From a virus (lineage: Duplodnaviria > Caudoviricetes): a stretch of 64,000 bases of DNA. The translations under genes and the position numbers were made by a program. The stretch covers positions 23,477-87,476 of IMG/VR virus record IMGVR_UViG_3300046528_000200. One strand, 5' to 3'. The notes under the pieces are model-generated. The model was not told where the DNA came from, made no database searches, and saw only the letters and a list, made by a program, of their open reading frames with translations. This document shows positions 8,916 to 18,028 of the stretch, piece after piece. The stretch's first letter is position 1. Each line of letters opens with the position of its first letter.

Positions 8916-10175
8916 ATGCCCACTTTCGCTAATGCCAGCCGCGAGCAAATCGCTTATGTTCCGGAAGCCCAGTTCGGTGTCATCCCGGTCACCGGCAACC
9001 CGTATGCGCTGCGCAACACTGGCGAATCCCTGTCGTTCGACCTGACCAAGGAGAACGACAAGGAGATGAACCCGACCGCGGAACTCACCTCGTCGACCAC
9101 GACCTACGGTGAAGCCAAGGGCGACATCAAGGTGCACATGCAGTACGCCGAATACGACCGCCTGCTGGCCAGCCTGCTGCGCTCGACCTGGAGCGTTTAT
9201 GGCACCAACGGCGTGGGCACCACCTTCTCCGCAACCGTCACCGCCGGCGTCGCCGGCACCACCGCATCGGTGATCACCGCCGGCGCCGCGCCGACTGGTT
9301 CGAGCGCTTTCTCGAACCTGCAGCCGGGCCAGTGGTTCCGCGTCAACATGCCGGGCGACCCGAACGATGGCAAGCTGGTGCGCAATTCGACCTCGGTCGC
9401 TACCACCGCCACCGCCATCACGCTGGACGTCAACACCCCGCTGGTGGCCTCGGCCGCGGTGGCCGGCAGCTCGATCGCCTCCTCGCGGCTGTCGAACGGC
9501 ACGACCTTGCAGTCGTTCACCATCGAGAAGCAGCAGCAGGACATCAACCAGTTCCAGACCTTCCGCGGCATGTACGTGTCGAAGCTGTCGACCCAGATCG
9601 CCTCGAAAGCACTGACCGACGCAACCTTCAGCTTCCTGGGCAAGGACGCGCTGGTTAGCGGCGCCGGCCAGACCCTGACCACCACCCGCCTGACCGGCGC
9701 CGTGGCAGCGTCGAACACCTACGACATTCAGAACGGCGTCAAGGGCGTCGGCCAGCTGTGGGAAGGCGGCGCGCCGCTGGTCTCGACCTCGATCAAGACG
9801 ATCTCGTTCGATGTGGACAGCGGGCTGCGCGCGCAGGACGCGGCCGGCACGCTGGGCCTGGTGGGCGTCGGTATCGGTACCTTCATGGCCAAGGGCAAGA
9901 TCACCGTCTACTTCGCTGACGGCGCGCTGTACAACAAGTTCCTGAACGATACCTACACCTCGTTCACGGTGTCGACCCAGGATACCGCCGGCAATGGCTA
10001 CGTCATCACCTACCCGAAGGCGATGCTGACCAGCGGCAAGATCGTGGCCGGCAGCAAGGATACCGACATCATGGCCGAGTTCGACTACACTGCGTACTCG
10101 GACAAGGGCAACGCCAATCCGGCGCTGCGCAAGACGATGTTCATCGACCGCGTCGGCGCGGCCGTGACGCCGTAA
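8916..10175 (+). CDS. Major tail tube protein
   Basis: 419 aa, starts NASREQIAYVPEAQFG; followed by a terminator and the chaperone genes. Confidence 0.85.
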   Translation: MPTFANASREQIAYVPEAQFGVIPVTGNPYALRNTGESLSFDLTKENDKEMNPTAELTSSTTTYGEAKGDIKVHMQYAEYDRLLASLLRSTWSVYGTNGVGTTFSATVTAGVAGTTASVITAGAAPTGSSAFSNLQPGQWFRVNMPGDPNDGKLVRNSTSVATTATAITLDVNTPLVASAAVAGSSIASSRLSNGTTLQSFTIEKQQQDINQFQTFRGMYVSKLSTQIASKALTDATFSFLGKDALVSGAGQTLTTTRLTGAVAASNTYDIQNGVKGVGQLWEGGAPLVSTSIKTISFDVDSGLRAQDAAGTLGLVGVGIGTFMAKGKITVYFADGALYNKFLNDTYTSFTVSTQDTAGNGYVITYPKAMLTSGKIVAGSKDTDIMAEFDYTAYSDKGNANPALRKTMFIDRVGAAVTP

Positions 10176-10199
10176 CAGTTTCATGGGTGGGTGTGGTTG

Positions 10200-10226
10200 G
10201 GGCGCGGCTTCGGTCGCGTCCTTTTT
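10200..10226 (+). terminator. Intrinsic terminator after tail tube
   Basis: GGGCGCGGC-TTCG-GTCGCGTCC-TTTTT. Confidence 0.85.
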
Positions 10227-10241
10227 ATTTCCTGCGGGATC

Positions 10242-10270
10242 TTGACAGCAGGCAAGCTACTCTGCAAACT
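10242..10270 (+). promoter_or_regulatory. sigma70-like promoter for tail chaperone
   Basis: TTGACA-17 bp-CAAACT, with GGCAAG in the spacer. Confidence 0.55.
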
Positions 10271-10307
10271 GTCACCTCCACAACCCACCTCATCAGGACC
10301 TGAATAT

Positions 10308-10745
10308 ATGGACTTCTACCGCGAATACGCCACCGACCCTAAAGCCGAAATCGAAGGCAGGGATATCCCCTGGGGCGGCGGTATCACGCTGACCATCGCG
10401 CGCACCCACAACCCGAAGTACACCAGCCTGTTGGCCAGCCTGTACGAAAAGCACAAAGAAGCACTGGACCGCCGCTCGACCGACGAAGAGCGCGCAGCCG
10501 CGGAGACCCTGTCGAATAAAATCATGGCTGAAGTCATGGCCAAGTCGGTCCTGGTGGGCTGGTCCGGCCCGGTCGCCTATAAAGGCGAGAATCTGGAATA
10601 CAGCGCAGCCAATGCCCAGAAGCTGCTGGAGCTCAAGGACTTTCAGGCCGAGGTGGCCAAGCGCGCTTCCGACTTCCGCAACTTCCGCTTCGAGATCGAG
10701 GAGGCGGACGCAAAAAACTCGCCGACTACCTCCGCTGGGACCTGA
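10308..10745 (+). CDS. Tail assembly chaperone (gpG-like)
   Basis: ATG 10308 (MDFYREYATD...) with SD CAGGA; between tail tube and tape measure. Confidence 0.85.
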   Translation: MDFYREYATDPKAEIEGRDIPWGGGITLTIARTHNPKYTSLLASLYEKHKEALDRRSTDEERAAAETLSNKIMAEVMAKSVLVGWSGPVAYKGENLEYSAANAQKLLELKDFQAEVAKRASDFRNFRFEIEEADAKNSPTTSAGT

Positions 10746-11047
10746 CGTGGGGGCCGCAGCTCAAGTTCCTGCTTGAGCAGCAGGCGGATGGCAGGAGCCC
10801 CAAAGCACTTGCCACCCGCCCGGTACTGGATGTGCGGCAGTACCACTACTACACGGCCTACCAGGCTGTGTCCCGCAGCCGCAACGTGAGCATGGCAGGG
10901 CCGCTACCGATCCCGATCTCCGAAATATTGGCATACTTCATCATGTTCGAAATCACAAACCTGTCAGAACGTGAGCGCATCCTCAAATTCGTGAATCAGC
11001 TCGACAGCATCTATCTTGAGCACGTTGCAGCGCAGAAACCAAAGTAA
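10712..11047 (+). CDS. -1 frameshift extension of tail chaperone (gpGT-like)
   Basis: Slippery A-AAA-AAC at 10712-10718 is in frame. The -1 frame is open from 10712 to 11047 (KKLADYLRWDLTWGP...). Confidence 0.85.
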   Translation, partial: KKLADYLRWDLTWGPQLKFLLEQQADGRSPKALATRPVLDVRQYHYYTAYQAVSRSRNVSMAGPLPIPISEILAYFIMFEITNLSERERILKFVNQLDSIYLEHVAAQKPK

Positions 11048-11060
11048 TTCCTCTAGGAAC

Positions 11061-11089
11061 TTGCTTCGCGGAAGCCCTCGTTAGATAAT
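11061..11089 (+). promoter_or_regulatory. sigma70-like promoter for tape measure
   Basis: TTGCTT-17 bp-GATAAT. Confidence 0.55.
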
Positions 11090-11113
11090 GACAATCTAAC
11101 GGGGGCTTTCCAT

Positions 11114-14100
11114 ATGAGTGAACCAATTGACGTTCCATTAACCGGCAGTGGCGGCGAGAGTATCGATCGCCTCACGTCGGCTGTCGATCGCTTAATCGGA
11201 GCGATGGAGCGCCTTGGGGATAACTCGGCGCTAGACAAGCTTGCCCAGCAGATCGAGGTGATGCAGGCCACCATGGTGACCGGCTTCGCCAATCTCGCCG
11301 CCACGGCCGAGAAGACGCTGCAAGGACTTGCCGCCCGGCAGGTGAAGGCGATCGAAGAAGGTTCGACCGAGGTCACCGCGGCGCTGGACGCCGCCGGCAT
11401 GAAGGCACAAATGGCGCGCGAGCGCCAGATGGACCGCCAACTCAGCACCGACAGCGCCTTCAACCAGGCGCGCCAGGGTATGCTCGAAGGCGCGCGCGAT
11501 CGCGAGATCGCACTGGAATCCCTGTTTGACCGCGCGCGCGAAGAGATCGCCCAGAAGGGCCTAGCCGCACGCATCCTCGACTACGATCGAGAAGAGCAGA
11601 TCGCGGTCCAGTGGGCCGCAGCGCTGGAGAAATCTCGCGAGCGTGTGCTCGCGGGCGAGGCCCTGTTCGAGCGCGTGCGCGAAGAAACCGCCCAGAGAGG
11701 GCTGGCCGCTCGGATCCTCGACTACGACCGTGAAGAGCAGATCGCCGCCCAGTGGGTCGCGTCCCTCGAAAAGACTCGCGAACGAGAGCTCGCCGGCGAA
11801 GCTGCGTTCAACCGGGCGCAGGCAGAAATGCTGGCCAAGCGCGAAGCAGAAGCGGCAGCCGCCGCCGAGCGCAACCGCGCCCTGAATACCGGCTTCCTGA
11901 CCGCCAGCCCGGCGTCCCAGGTGCGCACGGCTTCGCAGGCGCAGATCTACAGTCAGCTGGGTGGCGATGCTTCCGCGCGCTACGGCAGCGAGGCCTCGGC
12001 AGCCGGCGCGCTGGCTGCCGCGCAGGCCCGACTGGCAACCACGTCGCGCGAGGCAGGTGCCGCCCAGCTCGAGCTCGATGGCGCGCTGCGTCAGGTCGAG
12101 GGTGCTTTCCGCGGCGCCGCGCACCAGGCTGGCATCTACGGCTTCCACCACGGCCAGCTGATCGCGCTGCTCGCTGGTGGCGCGGTCGCGGCCGGCCTGC
12201 ATCACATCGCCGAAACTGGTGCCGAGGTGGAGTTCCAGCTGGCTTCACTCAACGCCCTGTCGGGTGAGGGTACGCCAGTCGACATGAACAAGTTCATCGG
12301 CATCACCGCCGGCTCGATGACGAGCCTGAAGGATGCCGCCGAGGGCGTGCACGCGCTGGCACAGGCCGGCCAGGACCAGGGTGCCGCCTTCGCGGCCCTG
12401 CCGGACGTGATGCGACTTGCCTCGCTGGGCGAGATGAGCGTGGCCCAGGCGTCCGAGATGGCCGTGGAGTCGATGCATGCCTTCGGCAAGGAGATCACGG
12501 ACCTCGGTAACATCGGCGACATCCTGGTGGCGGTTGGCGCCAAGTCGAACCTGTCGGTGCACAAGCTGGCTGAGGACATGAAGAGCGCGGCCGTGACCGG
12601 CGCGCTGTTCAACCTCAACATGGAAGAGATCACGGCGACGGTCGGCGCGCTGGCCGAGCGTGGCCTGACCATCCAGCCGCTGTCGTCGGCCCTGAACAAG
12701 CTGTACGAGCCGTCGGCGAAAACCGCCAAGGTGATGAAGGACTGGCATCTCGAGGTCAAGGACGGCGAGGGCAACCTGAAGAGCTACACCAAGTTCATGG
12801 GCGAGCTCGCGGCCAAGGTCGGCGAGTTCCGGGTGCCGGCCGACGCCCTGAAGCAGCTGGGCATGTCGCCGCAATCCATCAAGGCGATGGAGGTGATGAC
12901 TCAACACCTTGGCGACTACAAGCATCTGCTGGAAGAGGCTGAGAACGCCCACGGCAAGATGTTCGACGCCATGCTGGTGAAAGAGGACACGGTCGAGGGC
13001 GCCTGGAAGCGTCTGGGCAGCACGGTCGAAGGTTCGCTCGTCAAGGCCTTTGAGAGCGCCAGCCCAGCCATCCGCGAGGTGGAGGCGAGCCTGATGCACA
13101 TGGCCGGCTCGGAGAGCTTCCAGAATGCACTGGCGAATATCGCCGGCGGCGTGGCGCGCCTGACACAGACCCTCGTCGAGGGCGTAGGTCCGCTGACCAG
13201 CATGCTGGTCGTCTACGCCGGCCTGCGGATCCTTGCAACGGCTACTACCTGGATCAATGAGTTTGTCATTGCCCAGCGGGCACAGGCAATCGCCACTGCC
13301 ACCACCACCACGGCCCTGCGCGCTGAGACTGTCCAGCTGGAGCTGTTCGCCACTGCTGAAAATACGGCAGCCACCGGCGCCACCCGTTTCGCCACCAGCC
13401 TCGACATCCTGACTATGTCCGCAGCCGGCATCAGCCGCGCGTTCGGCTGGATCAGTCTGGTTGTCATCGGAGCCACGGTCGCGATTGACCTGTTGGGCGG
13501 CCGGATGGACAAGTTCGATCAGGAGCAGCTGGCGCAGCAGAACTCCTTCAACAACACCGTGGACGCCGTACAGCGTGAAATCGACCGCCTGAAAGGCCTG
13601 GAAGATCAGCTGCGCAAGACCGGCGAGACCGGCACCAGTGCGGCAGCCCAGGTGGCGATCGGCTTCGCCCAAATGCAGGAAGCCAGCGCCGAGGCGGACC
13701 TTGCCGCCGCCAAGAAGGCCCGGCCGCAGATCACAGCCACCTCCGGCATGATGGTGGTGGGCGGTCTGGCGCCGGTGGTGGATCAGCCCACGGCAGCCCA
13801 GCAGGCTGCCGTCGATGCCGCCCAGATCGCCTACGACAAGGCGCATGCCCAGACCGTCAAGGCGCTGAACCTGTTCGCCGAGCTGGACAGCCGGGAGGAG
13901 GACGTCAAGACCTTGATGAACGTCTCCAGCCTGAAGAAGAAGGTGCACGAGCTGCCAGAGAACGTCACGCCTGTCCTGCAGACGCCGGCGGCGAAAGCGG
14001 CGGCCGAAGCGGCCAATGCAGGCCTGCACGCCCTGCATGAGCAGGAGATCACCGAAGGCAATGTGGTCGAGCTCACCAAGACTTACGACCAGGTGCAGAA

Positions 14101-17100
14101 AAACATCGCCGCGACCAAGCGTGAGATCACCGCCATTAATGGCGGCGACAAGGACACGGCGCACGTGCGCATCGAGCAACTGCAGGAGGAGCTGCGACTT
14201 GCCCAGATGCTGAGCAAGTCCCGGGTCGACGACCTGAAGTCGGAGAACAAACGCGGCGAGCTGGGCGACCTGCAGCTGATCAACAAGGAGCTGGCCGAGA
14301 AGCTCTCGCTGGACCAGAAGGCGCTCGACCTGGCGCGGGCAGAGCTTGCTTCCGCCGGCCCGCTCAAGCCCGGCCAGCAGGAGAAATTCAATAGCCGTAT
14401 CAAGTCGGCCAAGCTGCAGGTCGAAATCGACCAGGACGCGGCCGAGCGCCAGAAGCTGGACCTGTTCGACAAGATGAACACGGCTGAGCTGCAGGCGCGC
14501 GCGCAGGCGCTGCAAAGCCGCGGCCAGCTGGAAGACGCCTTCCTGATGACGTGGGAAGCGAAGAATGCAGCCACGCTGGCGAACCTGCGCCGCGACATGG
14601 CCGATTCGGACAACCAGGAATACGTCGACCGCCTGCAGCGCTACGAGCAGTTCCTGCTGCAGCAGAAGGCGTTGGGTCAGAACGACGCACGCTTCAAGGA
14701 GGGCAAGGAGGCCTTCGGCGCGGCGAACGCGACTCTGCGCGAGCGCCTGAGCGACGCCGCGCTGCAGAACGGCCCGGGCAGCGGCCTGTATTCGTCGCTC
14801 AACAGCGGCGTGCTGGCGCAGCAGGCCTACGGCGATATGATCCCGCAGCTGCAGGCGGCCCAGGCGCGCGTGGCGCCGACCTCGTCGATCATGCGCGGCG
14901 GCGACGCCAGCAAGATCAAGGAAGCCCAGAACGAGCTGCGCCAGATCCAGGAGCAGATGGCGGCAATGCGCAACACCACTGTCTCGATGGCGCAGGAGAT
15001 CGGCAAGGCCCTGACCGAAGCGTTCGGCAAGGGCGGCACCGCGCTGGGCAGCATGCTGACGGCCACCGCCGCCTACGGCGCGAAGGTGCAGGAGATCCAG
15101 GCGACGCTGAAAGATAGCGGTGGCGGCGAAGAAGCGAAGGCGCAGGCCGCCAACGCCACCGCATCGGCGCAGCTGAAGGCCTACGGCGACATGTCCAGCG
15201 CCGCCAAGGGCTTCTTCGACGTCAACTCGAACGGCTACAAGATCCTGCACGCCACCGAGCAGACGTTCCGCGCGTTCGAGCTTGCTCAGGCGCTCACCAC
15301 TACCGCGAAGAAGATTTTCTTCAAGGAGACCGAGGTCGCTACCTCCACCGCGCTGAACGGCACCAAGGTCGCTGGCGAGGCTGCGACGACCGCCGCGTCC
15401 ACCACGCTGGCAGGTGTCGAGGCGAGCGCATGGGGCGTCACCGCGGTGGCCAAGGCCATCGCGTCTCTCCCGTTCCCGTTTAACCTTGCCGCCGGCGCCG
15501 CTACCATGGCTGCATTGTTGGCGGTCGGCGTGAAGCTGACCGGTGGATTCGGTGGCGGCAGCAACGCGGCCGACCGACAGGCCGAGAACGGTACCGGCAC
15601 CATCGCCGGCGACCCGAAAGCCAAGAGCGAATCGCTCGCCAAGTCGATGGCGCTGGTCGAGAAGAACACCTACAACGGCTTGACCGTGTCGGTGAGCATG
15701 CTGACGACCCTGCAGTCGATCGACTCGACCATGGCGAATTTCGCCGGCTTGGTGCTGCAGAACTCGAACATCGCCAATCCGGAGGTGCACCTCAACACCA
15801 ACAATGGCCTGGCGACCACCGCCGCGAAGGCTGGCGTGGTGGCCGCTGCTACGGTCCTGCTGGGGCCGATCGGAGGCGTCGTCACCGCACTTGCCATGCA
15901 GATCCCAGTGATCGGCAACGTGCTGGGCAAGATCGGTACCGCTATTTTTGGCGGCAAGCAGACGCTCGACGATAGCGGCTTCATGATGGGTCCGACCACG
16001 CTGGGCGCGGTTGCCGCCGCCGGTGTCAGCGCGAAGACCTACGCCGACGTCACCACCAGCGGTGGCTGGTTCAGCTCGGACAAGCACAACACCCAGTCGA
16101 CGACGCTCGACGCCGAGGCCAATCGCGCCATCGCCCAGGTCATCACCGGCATCGGCGACTCGATCAAGACGGCCAGCGCCATTCTGGGCCTGTCGGGCAG
16201 CGAGTTCGACGCGAAGCTGAACGGCTTCGTTATCGACATCGGCAAGATCAGCCTGAAGGGTCTGTCCAGCGCCGACCAGCAGGCTGCCATCCAGTCCGCT
16301 TTTTCGAAGCTCTCGGACCAGATGACGACGGCCGCCGTGGCCAACATCACCCAGTTCTCGAAAGCGGGCGAGGGCGCGCTCGAGACCCTGACGCGCGTGG
16401 CCACCGACTACCAGACCGTCGACGCGGTGTTCCAGTCGTTCGGGATCGCCTTCGCCGAAGTCGGCGTCTCCTCGATTGGCGCGCGCGAGAAGCTGATCGA
16501 GCTCTCCGGAGGCCTGTCCAAGTTCACCAGCCAGGCAGAATTCTTCTTCAAGAATTTCCTGACCGAGGGCCAGCAGACGGCCGCCACGCGTAATGCGATC
16601 GACCCGACCCTGGGCAAGTACGGCTTGTCGACGGTCGGCCCGGACGCGGTCCAGAAATTCGCCCAGGTGACCCTGGCGTTCGGCGCGATGGGCGAGGCCG
16701 GCGCCGCGGCGTACGCCGAGCTGATGAACATCGCTCCGGCCTTCAAGACCGTCACCGACGTGGCCAAGGACTTGCAGGACCAGATCGACTCGCTCCTGAT
16801 GACCCAGGCGCAGAAGGACGCTGCCGCGCGCGCCGCGCTGGACCCGGCCAACCAGGCCCTGTTCGACCAGCTGCAGCAGGCCAAGGCGGTCTCGCAGGCG
16901 CGCTCGAGCATCGCCAACGCGTACCAGAGCGAAGCCTCGACGCTGCAGTCCGCGATCGACAAGCTGAAATCCTTCAGCGCCTCGCTGCACAGCTTCGTCA
17001 ATTCGCTCCAGCTCGGCGGCATGTCGACGCTGAACCCGGCCGACAAGTACGGCGCCGCGCTGTCGCAGTTCAACACGACGCTGGCGAAAGCGCAGGCAGG

Positions 17101-18028
17101 CGACAGCACGGCGCAGGGCAATCTGCAGTCGGCGGCGCAGGCGTTCCTGCAGGCCTCGCGTGACGCGAACGCGTCGAACAGCACCTACCAGTCGGACTAC
17201 GACCGTGTCACCGCCGCGGTCAACGCCATGGCCGACATGGCCGACGGCCAGGTCAGCGAGGGCCAGCAGAACCTTGCGGCGCTGTACCAGCAGATCTCGC
17301 AGCTGACCACGCTCAACGAGAGCGCCCTGTCGATCGTCGAGGCGGTCAACAACCTTGCGATCGTCAACTCCGGCGGCAAGGATTCGGCCGTCAACACCTC
17401 GTCGCTGATGTCGCTCTACCAGGAGCTGCTGGGCCGCGCGCCGGATGCGGAAGGCTTTGACTTCTGGAGCAAGGCGCTGCAGAACGGCACCTCGTTCTCG
17501 TCGATCGTCACCGACTTCAAGAACAGCCCGGAGTATCTGGCGCGCATGGGCGCGCAGCAGCCGGTGACGAGCGTGTCACCGAGCACCCAGTACGGCGTGG
17601 TGGCGGCCGGCGCCAACCCGACCTCGCAGCTGACTGGCCTGTACCAGCAGCTGTTGGGTCGCGCGCCGGATGCGGAAGGCTTCGATTTCTGGAGCAAGGC
17701 GATGCAGAACGGGGTTTCGCTCTCGTCGATCGCCACCGACTTCATGAAGAGCCCGGAATACCTGAACCTGCATAGCGTGCCGACGACCAGCGTCACGACT
17801 GATCCGTATAGCGGTATCACCGCCCAGAACGCGCAGATGATCGCGCAGCTGACGGTGCTGAACGGCCAAATGAGCGGTTTGCGCGCCGAGCAGCAGACGC
17901 AGGCTGACCAGCAGGTCTATGCCACCATGTCGGCCGGCGCCACCACTGGTGACGATGTGGCCGAGGCCATTACCAGCGCGACCATGTCCGCGCGCTGGGA
18001 CAACTCGAACCAGGTAACGATCCGATGA
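11114..18028 (+). CDS. Tape measure protein with two C-terminal DUF4214-like repeats
   Basis: 2304-aa Ala-rich helical protein following the G/GT genes, with a TP901-like core at about aa 360-640. Confidence 0.92.
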   Translation: MSEPIDVPLTGSGGESIDRLTSAVDRLIGAMERLGDNSALDKLAQQIEVMQATMVTGFANLAATAEKTLQGLAARQVKAIEEGSTEVTAALDAAGMKAQMARERQMDRQLSTDSAFNQARQGMLEGARDREIALESLFDRAREEIAQKGLAARILDYDREEQIAVQWAAALEKSRERVLAGEALFERVREETAQRGLAARILDYDREEQIAAQWVASLEKTRERELAGEAAFNRAQAEMLAKREAEAAAAAERNRALNTGFLTASPASQVRTASQAQIYSQLGGDASARYGSEASAAGALAAAQARLATTSREAGAAQLELDGALRQVEGAFRGAAHQAGIYGFHHGQLIALLAGGAVAAGLHHIAETGAEVEFQLASLNALSGEGTPVDMNKFIGITAGSMTSLKDAAEGVHALAQAGQDQGAAFAALPDVMRLASLGEMSVAQASEMAVESMHAFGKEITDLGNIGDILVAVGAKSNLSVHKLAEDMKSAAVTGALFNLNMEEITATVGALAERGLTIQPLSSALNKLYEPSAKTAKVMKDWHLEVKDGEGNLKSYTKFMGELAAKVGEFRVPADALKQLGMSPQSIKAMEVMTQHLGDYKHLLEEAENAHGKMFDAMLVKEDTVEGAWKRLGSTVEGSLVKAFESASPAIREVEASLMHMAGSESFQNALANIAGGVARLTQTLVEGVGPLTSMLVVYAGLRILATATTWINEFVIAQRAQAIATATTTTALRAETVQLELFATAENTAATGATRFATSLDILTMSAAGISRAFGWISLVVIGATVAIDLLGGRMDKFDQEQLAQQNSFNNTVDAVQREIDRLKGLEDQLRKTGETGTSAAAQVAIGFAQMQEASAEADLAAAKKARPQITATSGMMVVGGLAPVVDQPTAAQQAAVDAAQIAYDKAHAQTVKALNLFAELDSREEDVKTLMNVSSLKKKVHELPENVTPVLQTPAAKAAAEAANAGLHALHEQEITEGNVVELTKTYDQVQKNIAATKREITAINGGDKDTAHVRIEQLQEELRLAQMLSKSRVDDLKSENKRGELGDLQLINKELAEKLSLDQKALDLARAELASAGPLKPGQQEKFNSRIKSAKLQVEIDQDAAERQKLDLFDKMNTAELQARAQALQSRGQLEDAFLMTWEAKNAATLANLRRDMADSDNQEYVDRLQRYEQFLLQQKALGQNDARFKEGKEAFGAANATLRERLSDAALQNGPGSGLYSSLNSGVLAQQAYGDMIPQLQAAQARVAPTSSIMRGGDASKIKEAQNELRQIQEQMAAMRNTTVSMAQEIGKALTEAFGKGGTALGSMLTATAAYGAKVQEIQATLKDSGGGEEAKAQAANATASAQLKAYGDMSSAAKGFFDVNSNGYKILHATEQTFRAFELAQALTTTAKKIFFKETEVATSTALNGTKVAGEAATTAASTTLAGVEASAWGVTAVAKAIASLPFPFNLAAGAATMAALLAVGVKLTGGFGGGSNAADRQAENGTGTIAGDPKAKSESLAKSMALVEKNTYNGLTVSVSMLTTLQSIDSTMANFAGLVLQNSNIANPEVHLNTNNGLATTAAKAGVVAAATVLLGPIGGVVTALAMQIPVIGNVLGKIGTAIFGGKQTLDDSGFMMGPTTLGAVAAAGVSAKTYADVTTSGGWFSSDKHNTQSTTLDAEANRAIAQVITGIGDSIKTASAILGLSGSEFDAKLNGFVIDIGKISLKGLSSADQQAAIQSAFSKLSDQMTTAAVANITQFSKAGEGALETLTRVATDYQTVDAVFQSFGIAFAEVGVSSIGAREKLIELSGGLSKFTSQAEFFFKNFLTEGQQTAATRNAIDPTLGKYGLSTVGPDAVQKFAQVTLAFGAMGEAGAAAYAELMNIAPAFKTVTDVAKDLQDQIDSLLMTQAQKDAAARAALDPANQALFDQLQQAKAVSQARSSIANAYQSEASTLQSAIDKLKSFSASLHSFVNSLQLGGMSTLNPADKYGAALSQFNTTLAKAQAGDSTAQGNLQSAAQAFLQASRDANASNSTYQSDYDRVTAAVNAMADMADGQVSEGQQNLAALYQQISQLTTLNESALSIVEAVNNLAIVNSGGKDSAVNTSSLMSLYQELLGRAPDAEGFDFWSKALQNGTSFSSIVTDFKNSPEYLARMGAQQPVTSVSPSTQYGVVAAGANPTSQLTGLYQQLLGRAPDAEGFDFWSKAMQNGVSLSSIATDFMKSPEYLNLHSVPTTSVTTDPYSGITAQNAQMIAQLTVLNGQMSGLRAEQQTQADQQVYATMSAGATTGDDVAEAITSATMSARWDNSNQVTIR
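11522..11803 (+). repeat. Tandem 141-bp (47-aa) repeat x2 in tape measure N-terminus
   Basis: LFDRAREEIAQKGLAARILDYDREEQIAVQW... versus LFERVREETAQRGLAARILDYDREEQIAAQW... Confidence 0.9.
17414..17764 (+). repeat. Two 126-bp DUF4214-like repeats (17414-17539, 17639-17764; period 225 bp)
   Basis: LYQELLGRAPDAEGFDFWSKALQNG...DFKNSPEYL and LYQQLLGRAPDAEGFDFWSKAMQNG...DFMKSPEYL. Confidence 0.9.

Noticed and set aside
12245-16990. 1581-aa minus-strand ORF opposite the tape measure gene
   Set aside because: Antisense shadow ORF caused by high-GC codon bias; no motifs, no SD, and it fully overlaps a clear gene.
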